Below, in pieces: positions 37,006 to 44,228 of a stretch of 64,000 nucleotides of DNA. Location of the stretch: the NCBI GenBank assembly GCA_014896235.1, contig JADBKU010000030.1, positions 32,939 to 96,938 of the forward strand. Reading direction: 5' to 3'. Source of the stretch: a bacterium. GTDB taxonomy: Bacteria; Desulfobacterota; Binatia; Binatales; Binataceae. The stretch's first letter is position 1. Every line of letters starts with the position of its first letter. The notes under the pieces were generated by a model. The model did not search any database and was not told the DNA's origin. It saw nothing but the letters and a program-made list of their open reading frames with translations. The position numbers were made by a program, and so were the translations under genes.

Positions 37006-37659
37006 TTATGCGCCCGGCTCGGCCACGTAAGCGCCGATCGGAAGGACCACCGCGCCTTCGCGAATCGGCACGCATTCGGGCGGAAATTCCTGCACGACCT
37101 CGATTTGCGCGGCGTCGAGCCGATCGAGGAATCGCTCCAGATGGCGTATCGCTCCGGTCGGCAGATCGTGCAATACGACCAGCGACCACGGGCGCGTCGC
37201 GATTTCCTTAAGCGCCCGATCGACCCAGCCGTCGGGGTCGTCCCAATCGTGCGGCACGCAGTTCCAGAGCACGCAGGTGTAGCGTCCAGCGGTCAGGTAA
37301 TCCACCGCGTCGCGGCTGAGCAGGCAGCGGTCCAGACGGCCGCCCCCGCCGAACGGACGGAACAGCCGCTCGGGGCGGCTCAGCGGGCCAAGCGCTTCCT
37401 GCGCGCGCCCGATTTCGATCGCCGCCGCGCCACGTTCCCGCCGTTCGCCGAGAGGCACGCTATGGGTCAGGCTGTGGTTGCCGATCCAATGGCCGGCGTC
37501 GTGCGCCGCTTCGGCGAGCCGGCGCCGGCTGGAATCGGCGAGCTTCTCTCCAATCACGAAGAAGGTCGTCAGCAACCGCCGTTCGCTCATGATCTCCAAC
37601 ACGCGCGGCGTGACTTCAGGCTCTGGGCCATTATCGAAGCTGAGCGTAACCTTGCTCAT
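37006..37659 (-). CDS. Polysaccharide deacetylase (CE4/NodB) family protein
   Basis: LSFDNGP, GNHSLTH, FRPFGG and VLHD. Confidence 0.88.
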   Translation of the reverse strand: MSKVTLSFDNGPEPEVTPRVLEIMSERRLLTTFFVIGEKLADSSRRRLAEAAHDAGHWIGNHSLTHSVPLGERRERGAAAIEIGRAQEALGPLSRPERLFRPFGGGGRLDRCLLSRDAVDYLTAGRYTCVLWNCVPHDWDDPDGWVDRALKEIATRPWSLVVLHDLPTGAIRHLERFLDRLDAAQIEVVQEFPPECVPIREGAVVLPIGAYVAEPGA

Positions 37660-37718
37660 CGCGAAGACGCTCCCGACCGGTTATCGCGCCGCGAGCGATC
37701 GCCTGCGGCGCGGATCGT

Positions 37719-37838
37719 TCACTTCTTCTGTTCCATCGGCGCGCTACAGCATTTGATTGTGCCGGCCCCGCCTTTGGTGACGATTACCTGCGAGCCGCAT
37801 TTGCCACAGATATAGACTTTCCCCAGTTGATTCGCCAT
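37719..37838 (-). CDS. Desulforedoxin-like microprotein B, 39 aa (not in ORF track)
   Basis: MANQLGKVYICGKCGSQVIVTKGGAGTIKCCSAPMEQKK; C-x2-C-x15-CC; GGGAG RBS; paralogue at 42763-42906. Confidence 0.85.
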   Translation of the reverse strand: MANQLGKVYICGKCGSQVIVTKGGAGTIKCCSAPMEQKK

Positions 37839-37872
37839 TTCGTTCGCTTGCTCCCAATCTGCGAAATTCCGC

Positions 37873-38661
37873 CTATGCTCCCTTGAACAGCGGTTTGCGC
37901 TTGTTCAGAAAGGCCGCCACGCCTTCGGCGCGATCGGCCGTCGTTTGTAGCAAGGCGTACAAGTCCTCTTCAAGCCTGATACCCTGCTCGATCGTCATAT
38001 CGGCGCCCTTGCGCACGGCCTCTTTCGCCATCCGCATCCCGAGCGGTCCGCGGCTGTGCAGCACGCCGAACAGCTCGTCCGCGACGCGCTTCAGCTCCCG
38101 CCGGTCGCGCGCCAGATAGGTCGCCAGCCCCAGCCGCATCGCCTCGGCGCCGTCCAGCGCCGCTCCGCCCAGCAGCATCCGGAAGGCGTGCGCGGCGCCG
38201 ATCAGGCGCGGCAGCCGCTGCGTGCCGCCGAAGCGCGGCAGCGCCCCGCGCTCGAGCTGGGTCATCGTGAACCGCGCGCTCTTGACGGTCGCGCGGAGAT
38301 CGAGCGCCAGCGCCAGCTCCAGCGCCTCGTCGCCAATATCGCCGTTGACCAGCGCGACGGTTGGCTTGCCGATCCGCGCCAGCGTTTCCACCAGATCCGT
38401 ATCGACGTCGGGGTCGAAACCGGGCGCGAAAACCTCGCCGGCGCCGGTTACAGCAAGCGCCGCTATCTCGTCGTCGTCCTCGACCGTTTCCGCCAAATCG
38501 ATCAGCTCGCGCGCCATCGCACGGCTCACCCGGTTCGCGGCGGCGGGCCGCGCCAACGTCGCGACCATCACGCCGTCGGCGAGCGCGAGTTCGATAGCGC
38601 CCGGTCCGCTATCCAAGGCTTGGCGCGCGATTGCGCGGGGCTTTCGCCGGGGAGTCGCCAT
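37873..38661 (-). CDS. Crotonase-fold protein with degenerate active-site motifs
   Basis: GGTQRLPRLIG and TADRAEGVAAFLNKRKP.FKG are intact, but the usual motifs read VFAPGFD and GDIGDEALELALALD. Confidence 0.8.
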   Translation of the reverse strand: MATPRRKPRAIARQALDSGPGAIELALADGVMVATLARPAAANRVSRAMARELIDLAETVEDDDEIAALAVTGAGEVFAPGFDPDVDTDLVETLARIGKPTVALVNGDIGDEALELALALDLRATVKSARFTMTQLERGALPRFGGTQRLPRLIGAAHAFRMLLGGAALDGAEAMRLGLATYLARDRRELKRVADELFGVLHSRGPLGMRMAKEAVRKGADMTIEQGIRLEEDLYALLQTTADRAEGVAAFLNKRKPLFKGA

Positions 38662-38687
38662 CGTCGCGATCAAGCGCCGCGGCCGGT

Positions 38688-40238
38688 TCAGGCGCCGGCT
38701 TTCTGATTTGCATGCAACTCTTTGCGCAGGATCTTACCGAGCGCGTTTTTCGGCAACTCCGCGATAAATTCGATATTCTCCGGCCGCTTGAAGCTCGCCA
38801 GCCGCGTCCGGCAGAACTCCTGTATCTCCTTCGCGTCCGCCTTCCGTCCCTCGCGCAGAACGACGAAGGCTTTGATCGTTTGCCCCCATTCCACCGAGGG
38901 TTCGCCGATTACCGCGGCTTCTTCGATCGCCGGATGGCTCATCAGGACGGTTTCAATCTCCGCGGGCGCGATATTTTCGCCGCCGCGGATAATCATGTCG
39001 TCCTTGCGGCCGGCGAAGAAGATGTAGCCCTCCTCGTCGAGCCAGCCCAGGTCGCCGGTCGCGCGCCATCCGTCGGCGAGCGCGGCGTCGTCCTTGCGTC
39101 CCGCATAGCCTTTCATGATGCGGGGCGTGCGGATAATGATTTCGCCGACTTGTCCGGCTGCGAGGAATTTGCCGTCTTCGTCGCGCACCCGCACTTCAAC
39201 GTCAGGCAGCGGTTTGCCGATCGAATTGAGCCGCTTGAGCTTGAGTTCGATCTGTTCGGGCGTGCCTTCGATCCGATGGTCGTCGGGGCCGAGCACGGTC
39301 AGCGACGACGTGGTTTCAGTCTGTCCGTAGGCGTTGACGAAGCCGACATTTTTCGGGAACGCCTCGATCGCCCGGCGGATTACCGCCACCGGCATCGGCG
39401 CGCCGCCATAGGCGAGGTTGGTGAGCGACGAGAAATCGGTTTTGGAGAAGGCCGGATGGTCAAGCAACTGCTTCATCATCGTGGGCACGACAAAGGCGTG
39501 CGTGACCTTTTCGCGCTGCACCAATTCGAGCCAACTGGCCGGCTCGAACTGCGGCATCACGACCATCTTCCGGCCGGTCCAGAGGTTGGTCATCATCGCG
39601 GTCGTGCCAGCAATGTGGTAGAACGGCGCGCACACCAGAAACACCCCCCGCTCGGTTCCATCCGCCATCTCGACGTTCGCCGTCACGTAAGCCGTAAAAT
39701 CGTGGAAACTCAGCATCACGCCCTTGGGCAGCGAAGTCGTGCCGCTGGTGTACATCAGGACGGAAACGTCTTCTTCCTCGATTTCGGCCTCGGCTTCGTC
39801 GGGATCGGTTTTCGCGGCGAGATCGGTCAGCCGGGCAAGCGCGCCGTCGCCCTCGCCGAGCGCAATGCATTTGACGCCATTTAGCTTGGGATGAATCCGC
39901 TTTACGAGGTCGAGATAGCGATCGCCGACCAGCAACAGCCGCGCGTTCGCGGTGTTGATCATGTATTCGAGCTCGGGGTCCTTGGCGCGATAGTTGAGCG
40001 GCAAGAAGGTCAGGCCGGCCTTGGCGGCGGCGTAATAGCTGGCGATATAGAGGTGCGAATTGGTGTCGAGGATGGCCAGAACGTCGCGTGGCTTGAGGCC
40101 CTGTTGTCTGAAGACGCCGGCCAGCCGGGCGACCAAATCGTTTAGTTCGCCATAGGTGAGCCGGGTTTGTCCAAAGACCACGATTTCCTGCTCGGGCGCA
40201 ATCGAGCCGGGGATCGAAATGAAGTTGACGGTGTTCAC
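38688..40238 (-). CDS. ANL-superfamily adenylate-forming enzyme (long-chain acyl-CoA ligase-like)
   Basis: YTSGTTSLPKGV, PFYHIAG, YGQTET, TGDLG, GRKDDMIIRGGENI and LPKNALGK. Confidence 0.93.
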   Translation of the reverse strand: MNTVNFISIPGSIAPEQEIVVFGQTRLTYGELNDLVARLAGVFRQQGLKPRDVLAILDTNSHLYIASYYAAAKAGLTFLPLNYRAKDPELEYMINTANARLLLVGDRYLDLVKRIHPKLNGVKCIALGEGDGALARLTDLAAKTDPDEAEAEIEEEDVSVLMYTSGTTSLPKGVMLSFHDFTAYVTANVEMADGTERGVFLVCAPFYHIAGTTAMMTNLWTGRKMVVMPQFEPASWLELVQREKVTHAFVVPTMMKQLLDHPAFSKTDFSSLTNLAYGGAPMPVAVIRRAIEAFPKNVGFVNAYGQTETTSSLTVLGPDDHRIEGTPEQIELKLKRLNSIGKPLPDVEVRVRDEDGKFLAAGQVGEIIIRTPRIMKGYAGRKDDAALADGWRATGDLGWLDEEGYIFFAGRKDDMIIRGGENIAPAEIETVLMSHPAIEEAAVIGEPSVEWGQTIKAFVVLREGRKADAKEIQEFCRTRLASFKRPENIEFIAELPKNALGKILRKELHANQKAGA

Positions 40239-40245
40239 GGACTAA

Positions 40246-41058
40246 TTACCTCCTGCGCGGCGATGGCCGCGTGGCCGCCGCCTTGCCCAACGGCGCCTTC
40301 ACAAAATTGTCGAGCCGGGCGGCCAGCCGCCGTTCAAGATCGAGGCCTTGCGCCAAACTGGCGTCGAGGCCCTCCCAAACCGCAAATTTGGCGCAAGCGA
40401 CCCGCTCGCGCGGCATCCGGCTCAGCGCCTTGGCCATCCCAAATGCGGCGCGGTCGAGCTCCCGCCGCGGCACGACATCGGCGACCAAACCTATAAATAA
40501 AGCCCGATCCGCGTCAATCCATCGGCCGGTCAAATTCAAATCGAGCGCCCATCCGAAGGGCAGCCGGCGCGCCGCGGTCTGCGTCCCGGCGACGCCCGGA
40601 ATCATCCCAAGGCCGGTTTCGGGCAGGCAAAAGCGGGCGTCGTCGGCCGCGATCGCGATATCGCACAGCAGCGCCATCTCCAGTCCGCCGCCTACCGTAA
40701 AGCCGTGGACCGCCGCGACGGTCGGCACGGCCAGGCCGCGCAAACGGCCCCAAACGTCGCGCCGGAAACGAATCCAGCGCGCCGCGATCGGCGAGGGCGC
40801 GCTGCCGAATTCGCTAACGTCGCCGCCGGTCGAAAAAGCGGGTCCGGCGCCACGCAGCACCATCGCGCGGATTTCAGGATCGCGATGGACCGCGGTCAGC
40901 GCTGCGTACAGCGCGTCGCGCATCGCGACGTTATAGGCGTTCAGCCGCTCCGGCCGATTCAGGGTGATCCATGCGATCGCGCCGCGTTTCTCGAAAAGTA
41001 CGGGCGGCGAAGACGGACGCGAAGCCTTTCGCGCCGCCGTGACAGCGGTTCTGGTCAT
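40246..41058 (-). CDS. Enoyl-CoA hydratase/isomerase family protein
   Basis: LNRPERLNA, FSTGGDV, GGGLEMALLCD and LPETGLGMIPG. Confidence 0.9.
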   Translation of the reverse strand: MTRTAVTAARKASRPSSPPVLFEKRGAIAWITLNRPERLNAYNVAMRDALYAALTAVHRDPEIRAMVLRGAGPAFSTGGDVSEFGSAPSPIAARWIRFRRDVWGRLRGLAVPTVAAVHGFTVGGGLEMALLCDIAIAADDARFCLPETGLGMIPGVAGTQTAARRLPFGWALDLNLTGRWIDADRALFIGLVADVVPRRELDRAAFGMAKALSRMPRERVACAKFAVWEGLDASLAQGLDLERRLAARLDNFVKAPLGKAAATRPSPRRR

Positions 41059-41106
41059 CAGTGAAGAACGGCGAAAACCTGAATACTAAGAAGAATCTAG
41101 TACGAA

Positions 41107-42663
41107 TTATGGAGAATACAAGTTGGCCGTGTCGCTTTGCGCGATCGCCGGCCGGCCGCGTTCGTAAACCACTTTGCCGCCGATGATCGTTAGCTCGATC
41201 GGCAGGTTCGCGAGTTCGGCCGGCGCCGCCGCCAACGGATCGGCGCCCAGAACGATCAGGTCGGCGAGGTATCCGGGCTCGATTGCGCCGGCCGCAAGAC
41301 GGCTCAGCCGCGCCGCTCGGCTGGTGAAAAGCTCAAAGGCTGTGGCGACCGGCAGCGCTTCCGCGGGCGCCAGCTCTTCGCCCTCCGCGCCGCGCCGCGT
41401 CACCGCGGCGGCGATCGCCGTCAGCGGCCGTGGCGGCGTGACCGGAGCGTCCGTGCCGGCGGCAAGTTCGACGCCCGCGTCGAGCAGGCTGCGGGCGCGA
41501 TAGCGATAGGCCGTCAAACCGGGATCGGCGGCGTATTTCGCGGCGCGGTAATGGAGAAATCCGGGGTTCGTCACCACCCACACGCCCATGCGTGCGATGG
41601 CTTCCGGATAGTCGGGGGGAATTACTCCGCCATGCTCGACCCGGCATACCGTGCCCGCCGCCAGCCGCGGATTCATCTCTTTGCGAACCCGATGGATGGC
41701 GGTCAGGGCCGCGTTGATTTCATCCAGTTCGGTGGCGTGGAAGGCGGCGTCCAGACCGAGACTCAACGCCCGTCCGAGGTCGCGCGCCAGCCGTTCCGGC
41801 CGCGCGCGCGCGACGTCCATGAATTTGACTCCGGCCAGCCTGAGACCGGACGCATCGGCGATCCGGCGCGCTTCGCTCGCGGCGTCGATAAAATTTTCGC
41901 CAAGCATCACGCCGGCGCGCTGGCGAATCACGCCCGCGCTCGCCATGCGCGCAAGCGCCGCAATCTGGTTGGGACCATTGCGCACGGTGGCGTCGGTGAA
42001 CGCCGTGATTCCGCCGGCGGCGAGCTCCCGGCTGAAGTTGCGCGCGCGCGATTCCAGTTCCGCCGCCGTCACCAGCGGCAAACGATCCGACAGCCACTGT
42101 TCCAGTCCGGCCACGAAGCCGGTTAGCCGGCCGTCCGAATCGCGGTCGAGCCATGCGCCGTCCGGCGGATGAAAATCCGGCGATTCCAGTCCTAGGGCGG
42201 CTATGGCGCGCGAATTCAACCACGACGCATGGAGCGTCTGATGGCGCAGGCGAACCGGGTTGCGCGGCGCGGTTTGATCGAGTTCGGCGCGGGTCGGGCC
42301 GCGCCGCTCGGCGATCAAGGCCTCGTCGCAGCCGAATGCGCGCAGCCAATTGCCCGGCGGAGTGCGGCCCGCCGCCAGCCGCAGCGCGGCGAAAAGATCG
42401 CCGAGCGTACGGCATCGCTGAACGTTCGCGCCGGTGGTGGCGGCGGCGCCTTCCATGAAATGGAGATGGCAATCGACGAAGCCGGGCGCGACCGTCCGGC
42501 CGTTTAGGCGAATCAGATGGGTGCTGGGACCGACAAGCGATTTCAGCTCGTTAAAGCCGCCGTAAGCCATGATTCGGCCCGCGCCAACGGCCACCGAATC
42601 GCACTCGGGGTGACCAAAGACGCGGCCGTTATGCAGCACCAGATCGGCTTTATTCTGTGCCAT
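41107..42663 (-). CDS. Amidohydrolase (YtcJ/Amidohydro_3-like)
   Basis: PGFVDCHLH, FHATE, RVEHG, GTDAPV and GAIEPGYLADLIVL. Confidence 0.88.
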   Translation of the reverse strand: MAQNKADLVLHNGRVFGHPECDSVAVGAGRIMAYGGFNELKSLVGPSTHLIRLNGRTVAPGFVDCHLHFMEGAAATTGANVQRCRTLGDLFAALRLAAGRTPPGNWLRAFGCDEALIAERRGPTRAELDQTAPRNPVRLRHQTLHASWLNSRAIAALGLESPDFHPPDGAWLDRDSDGRLTGFVAGLEQWLSDRLPLVTAAELESRARNFSRELAAGGITAFTDATVRNGPNQIAALARMASAGVIRQRAGVMLGENFIDAASEARRIADASGLRLAGVKFMDVARARPERLARDLGRALSLGLDAAFHATELDEINAALTAIHRVRKEMNPRLAAGTVCRVEHGGVIPPDYPEAIARMGVWVVTNPGFLHYRAAKYAADPGLTAYRYRARSLLDAGVELAAGTDAPVTPPRPLTAIAAAVTRRGAEGEELAPAEALPVATAFELFTSRAARLSRLAAGAIEPGYLADLIVLGADPLAAAPAELANLPIELTIIGGKVVYERGRPAIAQSDTANLYSP

Positions 42664-42762
42664 CGGCGCACCCGTCCCCCTTTCTTGAATCGCGCGCGCC
42701 CTGCGCAAAATGTCGTAAGGGCGGCCGACGACGCACAATGGCGCGAGGCCGCCCCGACCGCG

Positions 42763-42906
42763 TCAGTCGGACGACGGAAGCGGCTTGGCCTCTTTCAATT
42801 TCATTTCGCCCTCGCAGCACTCGAGAGCGCCCGAACCGGCCTTGTTGCACAGCACTTCGGTGCCGCATTTCTCGCACATGTAACGCTTGCCGAGCACGTT
42901 AGCCAT
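42763..42906 (-). CDS. Desulforedoxin-like microprotein A, 47 aa, with C-terminal EAKPLPSSD tail (not in ORF track)
   Basis: MANVLGKRYMCEKCGTEVLCNKAGSGALECCEGEMKLKEAKPLPSSD; strong GGAGGA RBS; first gene of the cluster. Confidence 0.88.
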   Translation of the reverse strand: MANVLGKRYMCEKCGTEVLCNKAGSGALECCEGEMKLKEAKPLPSSD

Positions 42907-43005
42907 CGTTGTTTCCTCCATGCGGCGGGTTCAATCGTCCGGCCGCCAAACAAAATCAGACACGCCGAGTATCATTTCGGCCCTGCGGATAAAAGTCTTG
43001 AGACG

Positions 43006-44019
43006 TTATTGGAACGGCAACTCGCTCACGACGCCCGAAAACTCGCCATTGACGGCGTGAACCGCGACCATCGCGCCGGGGATCCAGGCCTGCTGATGAA
43101 TAATCGCAAGGCCGATAGCGCCGAAGCGCGGCGAACGGACAATCGAGGTCAGACGGCCGACCTCCTTTTCCTGATAAATAACGGCGGCGCCGGGCGCGGG
43201 CGTGCGTTCTCCGGCAATCCTAAGCCCAAACAGTTTTTTTCTGATCCCGCCGCGCGCCGTCGCCCGCTCGATCGTTTCCTGCCCGACGTAGCATCCTTTG
43301 TTGAACGAAATCGCGCCTTCGAGCCGCGCTTCAAGCGCGATCGTTTTTTCGTTCGTATCGATTCCGACGCGCGCGCGGCCGTTCTCGACGCGGATGAGTT
43401 CGAGCGTCTCGGGCGTCACGCGAGCCGCCTCCGGCCGGTCTTTGGCGTCGAGGATTCTCGCCAATAGATCGTCAATTATCGTGCGTGAGGCGATTATCGA
43501 ATAGGCTTGCGTACCGTTGCGCGGCAGATTCGCGATAGTCATCCCGTCCGCCGCCATGTGCCGCCATTCCGTCAGGTCCGCAACGCCGCTGTCCGCGATC
43601 GCCGCCGCGGCTCGTGCGGAGAGCGGTCCTTCGAGGTCGAGCACTGCCATCTCGCCGAGCGTCTCGAACTCGACGTCGTCGGCGACCAGCAGGCGTTCCA
43701 GATGATCTCGGGCGGCCGGCCACAGCCGGCGATCGATTTCGATCAGCAGCGCATCAGGCGCGGCGTACAGGAAAAGATCGGCGATCAAATGGGCGCGTTC
43801 GTTGAGAATCAGCGCCGGGGCGACCGATCCCGCCGCGAGGCTTTTTACGTCCTGCGAGCACATCCCGTGCATGAACGCGACCCGATCGCTTCCGATCACG
43901 CGAATCAACAGCCGATCGGCAAGCGGTACGATTCCCGCGCCGTTGCGCAGAGCAAAATACTCGGCGTCGATCTGAGACTCCGGGAGTGCGTTCAAGGCGC
44001 CTTGCTCCAGCGAACTCAC
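43006..44019 (-). CDS. ygfZ: YgfZ/GcvT folate-binding protein
   Basis: GSDRVAFMHG and ISFNKGCYVGQE signature. Confidence 0.9.
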   Translation of the reverse strand: MSSLEQGALNALPESQIDAEYFALRNGAGIVPLADRLLIRVIGSDRVAFMHGMCSQDVKSLAAGSVAPALILNERAHLIADLFLYAAPDALLIEIDRRLWPAARDHLERLLVADDVEFETLGEMAVLDLEGPLSARAAAAIADSGVADLTEWRHMAADGMTIANLPRNGTQAYSIIASRTIIDDLLARILDAKDRPEAARVTPETLELIRVENGRARVGIDTNEKTIALEARLEGAISFNKGCYVGQETIERATARGGIRKKLFGLRIAGERTPAPGAAVIYQEKEVGRLTSIVRSPRFGAIGLAIIHQQAWIPGAMVAVHAVNGEFSGVVSELPFQ

Positions 44020-44228
44020 GTGAGGGAATTTCCGGCTTGCGAGAATAATGGCTGCGTCTAAAAAAATAACAGATTCGGCGCGTTCGCCACAACTCCGCCC
44101 GCGGCGATCGCGCGGCCTGGATTAGCCGCCGAGACGTTGGAGCCTGCGCGCTTCCGATTCGCTAGGGAGGGTCTTATAACGATCGTAAAAATTTGACGTA
44201 TAATCATCTGGTCAGGAAGATTTTGGGG

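Noticed and set aside
37719-37838. Microprotein B (or A) as a truncated desulfoferrodoxin/superoxide reductase pseudogene
   Set aside because: Both ORFs end cleanly, no EKH-containing SOR domain was seen downstream, and two diverged copies keep the same spacing.
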